A stretch of DNA of 63,629 bases, filler included, from Candidatus Tectimicrobiota bacterium (GTDB lineage: Bacteria; JACPSX01), in assembly GCA_016193065.1 (NCBI GenBank). It is 7 parts of 7 records of this genome, joined end to end, with 100 filler letters (N's around TTAATTAATTAA, not from the genome) between each part and the next. Parts side by side here need not be neighbours in the genome. Positions count along the whole stretch, not along the records: positions 1 to 16,034 come from JACPSX010000164.1; 6 more parts are not named here. One strand, given 5' to 3'. Numbering within the stretch: position 1 is the stretch's first letter; the number at the start of each line of letters is the position of its first letter. The notes below the pieces were generated by a model, which searched no databases, was not told where the DNA came from, and worked only from the letters and a program-made list of their open reading frames with translations. Positions 1 to 10,100 of the stretch are shown here, piece after piece. A program made the position numbers and the translations under genes.

Positions 1-76
1 CGGATCCGATTGCCGGGGTGGCCGTGGAGAACAGAATCAGCAGCAGGGAAATGAAGCGCTCCGCGGTCCCGCGCAC
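1..76 (-). CDS. 5' fragment of a putative exported protein (runs off window)
   Basis: GTG at 76 just after the mazG stop; MRGTAERFISLLLILFSTATPAIGS resembles a signal peptide. Confidence 0.4.
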   Translation of the reverse strand, partial: MRGTAERFISLLLILFSTATPAIGS

Positions 77-78
77 GG

Positions 79-873
79 CTACTTCTCCTTGGCTTCTTCC
101 CAGTAGCGGTCCATCTCTTCCAGAGTGAGCTTCTCCAGATCCTTACCCTGGCGGGCAGCTTCCTTTTCGATGAACTGGAAGCGGGAGATGAATTTTTGAT
201 TGGTCTTGCGCAGAGCCTCTTCCGGATTGATGTCGAGAAATCGGGCCAGATTGACCAGAGCGAAAAAGAGATCGCCCATCTCCTCCTCGCGGCGGTTCTG
301 GTTGTGCCCGTTCAGGACGTGCTCGAGTTCACCCAGTTCTTCCTTCACCTTGGCCAAGACGGGTTCGATGGCGCCCCAGTCGAAGCCCACGCGGCTGGCC
401 TTTTCCTGCAGGCGGCGAGCCCGCAGCAGGGCCGGCAGTTCTTCAGGCACACCGTTGAGCGCCGAGGTTTTGCGGCGCTCCCCCTTTTCGGCGATCTTGA
501 TCTGCTCCCAGTTCTTCAAAGCTTCCTGGGCGCTGTTGACCTGGATCTGGCCGAAGACGTGGGGGTGGCGGCGGATTAACTTGTCGATCAGGTGGTCGAG
601 CACCTGGTAGATGTCGAATTCACCTCGTTCGCGGCCGATCTCGGCTTGAAAGATCGCCTGGAGGAGAAAATCGCCCAGCTCTTCTTGCAAGGCGGCCGGG
701 TTGTCGTGGTCGATGGCTTCCATGACCTCGTAGGTCTCTTCCAAAATGTAGGCCTTGAGGCTCTCGCGGGTTTGCTCGCGATCCCACGGGCATTGGGTGC
801 GCAGCGCGGTCATGATCTCCACCAGACGGTCGAAGCGGTGCTTCTCTTTCATCTCCATATCAACGGTCTCCAT
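79..873 (-). CDS. mazG: Nucleoside triphosphate pyrophosphohydrolase MazG
   Basis: CPWDREQT, EETYE, EELGD, KLIRRHPHVF and second EEMGD motifs; start trimmed to ATG 873 (858 also possible). Confidence 0.95.
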   Translation of the reverse strand: METVDMEMKEKHRFDRLVEIMTALRTQCPWDREQTRESLKAYILEETYEVMEAIDHDNPAALQEELGDFLLQAIFQAEIGRERGEFDIYQVLDHLIDKLIRRHPHVFGQIQVNSAQEALKNWEQIKIAEKGERRKTSALNGVPEELPALLRARRLQEKASRVGFDWGAIEPVLAKVKEELGELEHVLNGHNQNRREEEMGDLFFALVNLARFLDINPEEALRKTNQKFISRFQFIEKEAARQGKDLEKLTLEEMDRYWEEAKEK

Positions 874-1148
874 TGCCGGTGGGAGTACCGACAGTAATGA
901 ATACGGGAAAAACAATATTTTCCCCGGGCATGCCCGCTTATTATGGGCGAAGGGGGGGCGGCGCGCAAGGAGAGAAAGGGAAGGACCGGGGTGCCCCTTG
1001 GGGCTCCGGTAAACTTTTGCGCGGGAGGACGATTTAGGGTCAGTTGCCTTTCGCATGCGTGGAGTTTCAGATCTTCGGGAGGGCGGCGCCTGCAAAACTT
1101 TAAGTCGCCCTACGGGGCACACCCGGTCTCTTCCCACAATTCTTGGTT

Positions 1149-1411
1149 GCCTGCGGTGGCAACTCCCTCGGACTGAGACAACTGAGGAAGCTGCTCTCCT
1201 GCCCTGAGCGGAAGTGCCGGGAGCAGCGGCACCCAGAGGGTACCCGATCGGGAGCGGCCAGGGATGGGAAACCGCGCAGCCTAAACTTGCTTTAAGACAG
1301 CTAAATGCTTAACGTGGCGGTAGCGGAGGGGTCCGGGTACCCGTCCTGGGTGTGGGCGCCCCGAAAGGGTCACTGCGGGAGGCTTGAAGCGAAGGGCGGG
1401 AGGGCAGCTTC
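1149..1411 (+). repeat. Structured intergenic element copy 1 (candidate ncRNA or MITE)
   Basis: Clear homology to 48726-49000; 19-bp closing stem 1187-1205/1393-1411 with two G-U pairs; carries micro-elements at 1230-1246 and 1334-1352. Confidence 0.8.
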
Positions 1412-1609
1412 ATTCGTGATACCGTAGGAATAGACAGGGAATTAGCAAGAATCGAGGTGGAGGTTTTGATTGCAACCCCGCGGGACTTTTGTTAGGCTAA
1501 GCTTCCTTAGGACGCCGCTGGTGTTGCCAAGTCATCCTGTATCCAATTGTCCAGCGAGTTGCAAGAAAACGAAGGGCTGATCGCCGACGCTTTCTTGGGG
1601 AGACACATC

Positions 1610-2032
1610 GTGAGCGAGCAGGAAGAGGAAAAAGAAGGCTTCCGCGTTCAGGATCGCCGCAGTTTTACGGAAACGGGAGAGCGCCGTCCCGGGTCAGAAG
1701 ATACCCACCAGGAACGCAGCCGGGAAACCGAGAAGCCACCTCCCCGGGAATCACGACCCCGGCAGGCCCCCCCGCGGCGCGAGGAGGTCCCAGAGATCGA
1801 CTTCGTGACTTTCCTCCTGAGCCTGGGAAGCCAGACGCTCATCCACCTGGGGGAAATTCCAGACCCTGTGAGCCGGAAGCGGGAGAAGAATCTGCTGGCG
1901 GCCAAGCAGACCATCGATCTGCTGGGAATCCTGGCAGAAAAAACCCAGGGGAATCTGACCCGGGAGGAAGATGGAGTCTTGCAGAACCTTCTGACCGATC
2001 TGCGGATGCGATACGTGAAGGCCGCGCCGTAA
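1610..2032 (+). CDS. DUF1844 domain protein
   Basis: FRVQDRR N-terminus; F..FLLSL, HLGEIPDP, AKQTIDLL, KTQGNL..EE, LRMRYV. Confidence 0.85.
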   Translation: MSEQEEEKEGFRVQDRRSFTETGERRPGSEDTHQERSRETEKPPPRESRPRQAPPRREEVPEIDFVTFLLSLGSQTLIHLGEIPDPVSRKREKNLLAAKQTIDLLGILAEKTQGNLTREEDGVLQNLLTDLRMRYVKAAP

Positions 2033-2037
2033 ATCCC

Positions 2038-3831
2038 ATGGCTGGCAAAATCCGCAGGCTTCCCGAAGATCTCTCCAATAAGATTGCAGCGGGTGAGGTC
2101 ATCGAGCGCCCTGCTTCCGTCGTCAAGGAAACCATCGAGAACGCTCTGGATGCGGGAGCCTCCCGCATCGATGTGGAGCTGGAACAGGCGGGGCTGTCTT
2201 TGATCCGGGTTCGGGATGACGGTGAGGGGATGAGCCGGGAAGACGCTCTCCTGGCCTGCGAGCGCCACGCCACCAGCAAGATCCGCATGCTGGAGGATCT
2301 CTCGGCCATCCACACCCTGGGCTTCCGGGGAGAAGCCCTGGCCAGCATCGCGGCCGTGGCGCGGCTGCGCCTGCAAACCCAACCGGCAGGCGATTTGACG
2401 GGAACCGAAATCGAATTGATTCCCGGAGGGAAACCGGAAGTTCGCGAGATCGGGATTCCCCGGGGAACGGTCCTCGAAGTGCGGGATCTGTTCTTCAACC
2501 TCCCCGCCCGGCGCAAGTTCCTGAAGAGTGAAGCCACCGAGCTGGGCCACGTGAGCCGCGTGGTCCACGACCTGGCGATGGCCAACTGTTCCGTCCATAT
2601 CCGGCTGCGCCACGGGGATCGCCTGCTCATCGATGCTCTGCCCACCCCCGATCCATTGCAGCGCCTGTCCTCCATTGTCGGTACGGAAGCAGCGCGAACC
2701 CTGGTGATGCTGCGCTCGAGCCGGGGCTCCCTTGACGTAGAGGCTTTAATCAGCAAGCCCGGGGAGGGGAGGCGCGACCGCGGCGCCCAGCATTTCTACG
2801 TCAACGGCCGCCCGGTGCGCGATCGCCTCATGGGCCACGCCCTTCAGGAGGCGACCCGGACCCTGTTTCCCGGCGATGCCTTTCCCGTAGCTTATCTGTT
2901 CTTGTCTCTGGATCCCGGGGATGTGGACGTGAACGTGCATCCCACCAAAGCGGAGGTGCGATTTGCCCGCAGCCAGGAGGTGCACCGTTTTTTGGTGGAA
3001 AGCCTGAGAATTCAGCTCATCCAGACTTTGCGAGGCGAGGGCGCGGTTCTTGCCGAGCCGGCTCCGGGCGGTTCGGGTTCCGAGAGCGGCGCCGGGGACG
3101 CGAACCTCCTCCGCGAGGAAGCCGCACCCTTTTTCACCTCCAGGCTTTCTCCTCTGCAATCCTCTTTCCCCTCGACGATGATCTGGAGTCCGGTGCCGGT
3201 GGAGCCCTTCGTGCAACCTCCGACCCTGTCTGCAGATCTCATCCATCTCTCCCCCCTGGGGCAGATCGATCAAACCTTCCTTCTGTTTGAAGGTCCCCGG
3301 GGCTTGTACGTGATGGATCAGCACACGGCCCACGAGCGGGTCCTCTACGAGCGCTTCCGCCGCCAGTGGGAAAGGGGGGCCGTGGAGGTGCAGGGGCTCC
3401 TGATCCCGGAGGTTGTGGAACTGGAGCCCGAGCAGGCCTGTTGGCTAAGCGAGCATCTGGCCGAACTGGAGGCCCTGGGATTTGAGGTGGAGCCCTTCGG
3501 CGGCCATAGCTTCGCAATCCGTGCCGCCCCCGCCAGCCTGCTCGCCCCGGGTACCTGCCTTGCGGGTGTCCGCAATCTTTTCTTGGGGTTGGTCGATTTC
3601 CTGGAGCACTGGGGGGGGCCGTCTCCCCTGCCGAACCTGGCCGATGCCGTGGTCCAGGTGATGGCCTGCCATCAGGCGGTTCGGGCCCACGATCCCCTTG
3701 GCCCCGAAGAGATGCGGGCCCTGCTTCGCGAACTGATGGCCGCCGAAAGCCCGTTTACCTGTCCCCACGGGCGTCCCACGATTCTCCTCTGGAGCCTGCA
3801 GGACCTGCAGAAGGAGTTCTTGCGCAAGTAG
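2038..3831 (+). CDS. mutL: DNA mismatch repair endonuclease MutL
   Basis: NKIAAGEVIERP, GFRGEAL, DVNVHPTK, DQHTAHER, ACH and CPHGRP motifs. Confidence 0.97.
   Translation: MAGKIRRLPEDLSNKIAAGEVIERPASVVKETIENALDAGASRIDVELEQAGLSLIRVRDDGEGMSREDALLACERHATSKIRMLEDLSAIHTLGFRGEALASIAAVARLRLQTQPAGDLTGTEIELIPGGKPEVREIGIPRGTVLEVRDLFFNLPARRKFLKSEATELGHVSRVVHDLAMANCSVHIRLRHGDRLLIDALPTPDPLQRLSSIVGTEAARTLVMLRSSRGSLDVEALISKPGEGRRDRGAQHFYVNGRPVRDRLMGHALQEATRTLFPGDAFPVAYLFLSLDPGDVDVNVHPTKAEVRFARSQEVHRFLVESLRIQLIQTLRGEGAVLAEPAPGGSGSESGAGDANLLREEAAPFFTSRLSPLQSSFPSTMIWSPVPVEPFVQPPTLSADLIHLSPLGQIDQTFLLFEGPRGLYVMDQHTAHERVLYERFRRQWERGAVEVQGLLIPEVVELEPEQACWLSEHLAELEALGFEVEPFGGHSFAIRAAPASLLAPGTCLAGVRNLFLGLVDFLEHWGGPSPLPNLADAVVQVMACHQAVRAHDPLGPEEMRALLRELMAAESPFTCPHGRPTILLWSLQDLQKEFLRK
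3548..3568 (+). mobile_element. 21-bp micro-element inside mutL
   Basis: CGGGTACCT-GCCTTGC-GGGTG, one mismatch to the consensus. Confidence 0.75.
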
Positions 3832-3921
3832 TTACGGGAGGTCCTTGATTCCGCCCCAGGCGTCCTCTATACTTTGGCCATCCTTGGATTTGTCCAGGAG
3901 GAAAGGACAGGGGGTTCGATT

Positions 3922-5385
3922 ATGCTGCCGGAAAACATACCGGAAGCCTTGACGTTTGATGACCTGCTGTTGGTGCCCGGGCGCTCCCGGGTCTTGCCAC
4001 GTGATGTGGATGTAACCACCATGCTGACCCGGAAGATTCGCCTGAATACTCCCCTGGTCAGCGCCGCCATGGACACGGTCACGGAATCGGCGCTGGCCAT
4101 CGCCCTGGCTCAGGAGGGGGGAGTCGGAATCATCCACAAGAATCTGTCCATCGCGTCCCAGGCCCACGAGGTGGATAAGGTGAAGCGGTCGGAGAGCGGG
4201 ATGATCGTGGATCCGATCACCATAGGGCCTGATCGCAAGGTCAGCGACGCCCTGGAACTCATGAGGCGTTACCGGATCTCCGGGGTCCCGATTACCCGGG
4301 GGACCAAGCTGGTGGGGATCCTGACCAACCGGGATCTGCGCTTCGAGACGAACCTGGAGAAGAAAATCGGCGATCTCATGACCAAGGAGAATTTGATCAC
4401 CGCGCCCGAGGGAACCACCCTGGAGCAGGCCAAGAGAATTCTCCACGAGAACCGCATCGAAAAGCTCCTGGTCGTGGATCGGGAGTTTAACCTGAAAGGG
4501 CTCATCACGATCAAGGACATTGAGAAGGCTCGAAAGTATCCAAACGCCTGCAAGGATTCCCTGGGCCGGCTGATGATTGGAGCCGCGGTGGGGGTTGGTG
4601 AAGATCGGGCCGAGCGCGTGCAAGCCCTGGTCGAGGCAGGGGTGGATGTGCTGGCGGTGGATAGCGCTCACGGCCATTCGGAAGCGGTCTTGAAAACCGT
4701 GGAGTGGATTAAAGGAAACTACCCCCAGCTTCAGGTCATTGCGGGAAACGTGGCGACGGGGGAGGGGACCCGCGATCTGATCCAGGCAGGCACCGATGCC
4801 GTCAAGGTCGGCATCGGGCCCGGCTCCATCTGCACCACGCGGATCATCGCCGGAGTGGGCGTTCCCCAACTGAGCGCCGTCTCCGAGTGCGCCCGGGCGG
4901 CGGCCGAGGCCGGCATTCCCATCATCGCCGACGGGGGCATCAAGTTCTCCGGGGACCTGACCAAGGCCCTGGCGGCGGGGGCCAACTCCGTGATGATCGG
5001 CGGCCTCTTTGCGGGCACCGAAGAAAGCCCCGGAGAGAAGGTTCTCTTCCAAGGCCGCAGCTACAAGGTCTACCGCGGGATGGGATCCATCGGCGCCATG
5101 AGCGAGGGGAGCAGCGACCGCTACTTCCAGGAAGGAGAGCTTTCCGATGCCAAGCTCGTCCCCGAAGGGGTGGAAGGCAGAATCCCCTACAAGGGCCCCG
5201 TCTCCTCCGTGGTTTTCCAGTTGATCGGCGGGCTCAGGGCGGGCATGGGCTACTGTGGGGTCGCCACCATTGAAGAGCTCAGGCGCCATTCCCGTTTTGT
5301 GCGCATCACTTCCGCAGGGCTCAAAGAGAGTCACGTCCATGACGTGATTATCACCAGAGAAGCCCCGAATTACCAGAGGGAGTAG
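3922..5385 (+). CDS. guaB: IMP dehydrogenase
   Basis: [17 protein letters not shown] pair, [23 protein letters not shown]. Confidence 0.98.
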   Translation: MLPENIPEALTFDDLLLVPGRSRVLPRDVDVTTMLTRKIRLNTPLVSAAMDTVTESALAIALAQEGGVGIIHKNLSIASQAHEVDKVKRSESGMIVDPITIGPDRKVSDALELMRRYRISGVPITRGTKLVGILTNRDLRFETNLEKKIGDLMTKENLITAPEGTTLEQAKRILHENRIEKLLVVDREFNLKGLITIKDIEKARKYPNACKDSLGRLMIGAAVGVGEDRAERVQALVEAGVDVLAVDSAHGHSEAVLKTVEWIKGNYPQLQVIAGNVATGEGTRDLIQAGTDAVKVGIGPGSICTTRIIAGVGVPQLSAVSECARAAAEAGIPIIADGGIKFSGDLTKALAAGANSVMIGGLFAGTEESPGEKVLFQGRSYKVYRGMGSIGAMSEGSSDRYFQEGELSDAKLVPEGVEGRIPYKGPVSSVVFQLIGGLRAGMGYCGVATIEELRRHSRFVRITSAGLKESHVHDVIITREAPNYQRE

Positions 5386-5576
5386 TGCCGGGCCAATTAA
5401 CTTCGCCTAACTTCGTTTATCGCCCCTCGCGCTCCCTGCGGCGTACTTTCTATGTACGCCTCAGTCGGCTCGGGGCTCGCGCCTCGTTATGCTCGTTTCT
5501 TGGCCCGGCAATATGCCGAGAGTTTTCGTCCGATTTAATTGGCAGAGGGAGTAGGACTCCGTTGGAGAGACACTAG
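5383..5576. mobile_element. MITE-like element copy 1 (ends TAGTG-N5-CCAA)
   Basis: Starts at the guaB TAG stop, ends TTGGAGAGACACTAG; homologous in inverted orientation to 53331-53516; GCGGCGTAC...GTACGCCTCA core. Confidence 0.8.
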
Positions 5577-5578
5577 GC

Positions 5579-7138
5579 GTGGACATCCGCGGGGACAAGA
5601 TCCTCATCCTTGATTTCGGCTCCCAGTACACCCAGCTCATTGCTCGCCGAATCCGGGAACTGAAGGTGTTCTCGGAGATCGTGCCCTTTTCCATGCCGGC
5701 TTCCGAAATCCGGCGGCAGGCCCCGAAGGGTCTGGTCCTTTCCGGGGGGCCCGCCAGCGTGTACGCCGCCGATGCTCCGATCTGTAATCCCGAGATCTTC
5801 TCGCTGGGGATTCCAGTGCTGGGGATCTGCTACGGCATGCAGGTCATGGCTCACCTCCTGGAGGGGAAGGTCAGCAGTTCCGCCAGGAGAGAGTACGGAC
5901 CGGCCCGGCTCCTGATCGACCGGGAGGTGGATCTCCTGAGCGGCCTGGAAGACAACGGAGCCCCGAACGGGACACCCGTGTGGATGAGCCACGGGGATCG
6001 CATCGAGAAGCTTCCGGCGGGATTTGTCCCCCTGGCCCACACGGATAACTCCCCCGTGGCGGTCATGGGTTCGCCGGCCCGCAGGCTCTACGGGGTCCAG
6101 TTCCATCCGGAGGTTGTCCATACTCCGAAAGGGGGCGTTTTATTTGCAAACTTTCTGTTTCGCGCTTGCAGTTGTACCCCCAGTTGGTCCATGGCCTCCT
6201 TTGCTGCTGAAGCGGTTGGTGAGATCCGCCGCAGGGTGGGAAGCGCTCGGGTTCTTTGCGCATTGAGCGGGGGGGTTGACTCCTCCGTGACGGCTGTCCT
6301 GGTCCACCGGGCGATCGGTGAGCAGCTCACCTGCGTGTTCGTCGACAACGGGCTCCTGCGGTCGGGGGAAGCGGAGGAGGTGGAGGCCACCTTCCGGCGC
6401 CACTTCCACATGAACTTGCGGGTGGTCGACGCCGGGCAGCGGTTCCTCTCCCGGCTGGCCGGCGTGGAAGATCCGGAGCAGAAGCGCAAGATCGTGGGGG
6501 AGGAGTTCATCGCCGTCTTTGAAGAGGAGGCAGGGCGGCTGGGAGAGATTCAGTTTCTGGCCCAGGGGACTCTTTACCCGGATGTGATCGAGAGCCGCTC
6601 GGTGCGCGGCCCTTCCGCGACCATCAAATCCCACCACAACGTGGGCGGCCTCCCGGAGCGGCTCCACTTTCAGCTCATCGAGCCCCTCAAGGATCTGTTC
6701 AAGGACGAGGTGCGCCGCCTGGGAAAAGAGCTCGGAATCCACGGGTCCATTCTCTGGCGCCAGCCCTTTCCCGGTCCCGGTCTGTCCATCCGGGTCCTTG
6801 GTCCGGTGAGCCGCGAAACCCTGGACCTGGTCCGGCAGGCGGACCGCATCCTTTTAGAGGAAGTCGAAGCGGCGGGACTTCTCGAACGCCTGTGGCAGTC
6901 CTTTGCCGTTTTGTTGCCGGTGCGGAGCGTGGGGGTGATGGGGGACGAGCGGACATACGAGCAGGTGGCCTGCCTGAGGGTCGTGGAGAGCCAGGACGGC
7001 ATGACGGCCGACTGGGCCAGGCTCCCCTACGATCTCCTGTCCCGGGTTTCCAACCGGATCATTAACGAAGTACGGGGAATCAACCGGGTGGTTTACGACA
7101 TCAGCTCGAAGCCGCCCAGCACGATTGAGTGGGAATAG
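5579..7138 (+). CDS. guaA: GMP synthase (glutamine-hydrolysing)
   Basis: [47 protein letters not shown]. Confidence 0.98.
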   Translation: MDIRGDKILILDFGSQYTQLIARRIRELKVFSEIVPFSMPASEIRRQAPKGLVLSGGPASVYAADAPICNPEIFSLGIPVLGICYGMQVMAHLLEGKVSSSARREYGPARLLIDREVDLLSGLEDNGAPNGTPVWMSHGDRIEKLPAGFVPLAHTDNSPVAVMGSPARRLYGVQFHPEVVHTPKGGVLFANFLFRACSCTPSWSMASFAAEAVGEIRRRVGSARVLCALSGGVDSSVTAVLVHRAIGEQLTCVFVDNGLLRSGEAEEVEATFRRHFHMNLRVVDAGQRFLSRLAGVEDPEQKRKIVGEEFIAVFEEEAGRLGEIQFLAQGTLYPDVIESRSVRGPSATIKSHHNVGGLPERLHFQLIEPLKDLFKDEVRRLGKELGIHGSILWRQPFPGPGLSIRVLGPVSRETLDLVRQADRILLEEVEAAGLLERLWQSFAVLLPVRSVGVMGDERTYEQVACLRVVESQDGMTADWARLPYDLLSRVSNRIINEVRGINRVVYDISSKPPSTIEWE

Positions 7139-7150
7139 ACGGAGACTTGG

Positions 7151-10100
7151 ATGACCACGGCTGACTTTGTTCATCTCCACGTGCACAGCGAGTACAGTCT
7201 TCTGGACGGAGCCAACCGCCTCGATCAACTGATGGCGAAGGCCAGGGATTTCGGCATGGGCTCCATTGCGTTGACGGATCACGGCAACCTCTTCGGTGCC
7301 ATCCAGTTCTACAAGAAGGCCCGGGAGTACGGCATCCATCCCGTCCTGGGCTGCGAGGTCTACACGGCTCCGTCCAGCCGCTTTGAGCGCAACCCGGCCC
7401 AGGGCATCGGGGATTCCAGCAACCACCTGGTTCTGCTGGCGGAAAACGAGACGGGGTACAGGAATCTGATCCATCTGGTGACGGCGGGTTACCTGGAGGG
7501 GTTTTATTACCGTCCCCGGGTCGATCGGGAAATTCTGGCGGAGCATTCCGAGGGTCTGATTGTTTTCAGCGGCTGCCTGAAGGGGGAGATCCCCAGTTAC
7601 CTTTTGCAGGGCCAGACGGAGCGGGCCCGCCAGACGGCTTGCTGGTTTCGTGATGTTTTCGGTCCGGACCGCTTTTTCCTGGAGCTCCAGGATCACGGCC
7701 TGGAGGAGCAGGCCCATGTGAGCCCCATGCTGATCGACATGGCCCGCAAGCTCCAGATCCCCCTGGTGGTGACCAATGACTGTCACTACTTGAACCAGGA
7801 TGATTCCGTGGCCCACGATGTCCTGCTCTGCATACAGACGGGAAAAACCGTCAATGACCCCAAGCGGCTCAAATTTGCCACGAACCAGTTCTACGTGAAA
7901 TCTCCCCGGGAGATGGAGGAGCTCTTCGACGGGGTTCCCGAGGCTCTGAGCGTCACCCGGGAGATTGCCGAGCGTTGCCATCTCGATTTCCCCTTCGGCC
8001 AGATTCATCTCCCCCGCTACGAGACCCCGCCCGGAACGAACCTGGACGGCTACCTGGAGACTCTGGCCCGCAAGGGTCTGGAGGAGCGCCTGCGGCAGGC
8101 CGGCCTGTGGGGCGGCGAAGAAGCAGGCCGCTACCGGGAGCGCCTGGACGAGGAACTGCAGATCATCAACCGCATGGGGTACGCCGGTTACTTCCTGGTG
8201 GTCTGGGACTTCATCGACTACGCCCGCCGCCAGGGGATCCCCGTGGGTCCGGGCCGGGGTTCCGCGGCGGGGAGTCTGGTGGCCTACTCGCTACGGATCA
8301 CGGACCTGGACCCGATCCGCTACGGCCTCCTCTTCGAGCGCTTTCTGAACCCGGAGCGGATCAGCATGCCGGACATCGACATCGACTTTTGCATGGAGCG
8401 CCGGGACGAGGTGATCGACTACGTGGTGCGCAAGTACGGGCGGGAAAATGTGGCCCAGATCATCACCTTCGGAACCATGATGGCCAAGGCCGCGGTCCGG
8501 GACGTGGGCAGGGCCATGGACATGCCCTATGGGGAAGTGGACCGGATCGCCAAGCTGATTCCCAACCGTCTGAACATCACTCTTAGCGAGGCCATTCAGG
8601 ACGAAAGCCGGCTGGCCGAGTTGCAGGCCGCGGACCCCAAGGTCGATTTCCTGCTGAAGACGGCGCAGAAAATCGAGGGTCTGACCCGGCATGCCTCGAC
8701 CCATGCGGCCGGGGTGGTGATCTCCCCGCGGCCTCTCGCCGAGTTCGTGCCCCTGTACCGGGGCTCCAAAAACGAAATTCTCACCCAGTACGCCATGGGG
8801 GACATCGAGAGCCTGGGGTTGCTGAAGATGGATTTCCTGGGTTTGAGGACGCTCACGGTGATCCGCCATACGCTGGTTCTGGTCCGCGAGACTTCCGGGG
8901 TCGACCTGACGCCCGAGGAGCTTGCGCTGGACGATCCGGACACTTACGCCCTCCTGGGAGAAGCGCGCACGCTGGGGGTCTTTCAACTGGAGGGAAGCGG
9001 CCTCAGGGAAATCTTGCGAAAGCTGAAGCCGGAAGTCTTCGAGGACCTGATCGCCCTGGTGGCCCTCTACCGTCCGGGGCCTCTGGGCAGCGGGATGGTC
9101 GAGGACTTCATCCGGCGCAAGCACAAGCAGGTGCCGATCCACTACGATCACCCGCTGCTGGAAGAGATCCTGAAGGAGACCTACGGGGTCATCCTGTATC
9201 AGGAACAGGTCATGCAGATCGCCAGTGTCCTGGCCGGTTTTTCCCTCGGAGAGGCGGATCTCCTGCGCCGGGCCATGGGGAAAAAGCAGCCGGAGATCAT
9301 GGCCCAGCAGCGCCAGAAATTCCAGGAAGGGGCGCGCAGCCGGGGAATACCGGAAGGGGTGGCGATCAAGATTTTTGACCAGATGGAATACTTTGCCGGC
9401 TACGGGTTCAATAAATCCCACAGCGCCGCTTACGCCCTGGTGGCGTACTGGACCGCCTACCTGAAAGCCCACTTTTCCCGGGAGTTCATGGCGGCCCTGC
9501 TGACCAGCGACATGGACAACACGGACAAAGTCATCAAGTACCTGGATGGATGCCGGGAAATGGGGATTCCGGTTTCTCCCCCCGACGTGAACGAGAGCAG
9601 CAAGGATTTCTCCGTGGCCGGCAACTCACTGCGGTTCGGGCTGGCGGCGGTCAAGAATGTCGGGGTGGCGGCCGTGGAGAACATCCTGGCCGTGCGGCAG
9701 CGCAGCGGCCCATTTCCTTCCCTGGAAGCTTTCTGCCAGAGCATTGACCTGCGGGCGGTGAACCGGCGGGTGATAGAGAGCCTGATCAAGGGCGGGGCCT
9801 TTGATGGCTGGGGGATCTCGCGCGCCGCGCTCATGGCGGATCTGGACAAGACCATCGAAGTGGGGCACCGATCCCAGAAAGACAGAGAGACGGGACAAAC
9901 CAGCCTCTTCTCCCTGGTGAATCAGGTTCCGGAGCGAAAGCCCCGCACCAAACCGGTTCCCGAATGGCCGGAGAGCCTGCGGCTGCAGTACGAGAAGGAA
10001 GCCCTGGGCTTCTACATCACCGGCCACCCCCTGGCTCGATACGCCCAGCTCCTGAAGGCCTTTACCAACTCCACCACGCAGACCCTGGCGGAGAAGAACG

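Noticed and set aside
874-1137. Long N-terminal extension of MazG in the ORF track
   Set aside because: Low-complexity run-on through intergenic repeat DNA; homology begins near 873.
1149-1411. Group I intron, 6S RNA or known riboswitch identity for the two-copy element
   Set aside because: No recognisable P7/R/S motifs, no host gene interrupted, and no aptamer consensus that I can match by eye.
3832-5340. Long antisense ORFs (also 6854-8008, 12997-14289, 55713-57518)
   Set aside because: Shadow frames of conserved genes, expected with high GC3 codon bias.
5385-5576. 63-aa ORF between guaB and guaA
   Set aside because: Lies entirely within the MITE; no RBS or protein-like composition.
5960-5978. 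GCCCCGAACGGGACACCCG in guaA as a degenerate micro-element
   Set aside because: Too many mismatches to the core; cannot be supported without an ortholog alignment.
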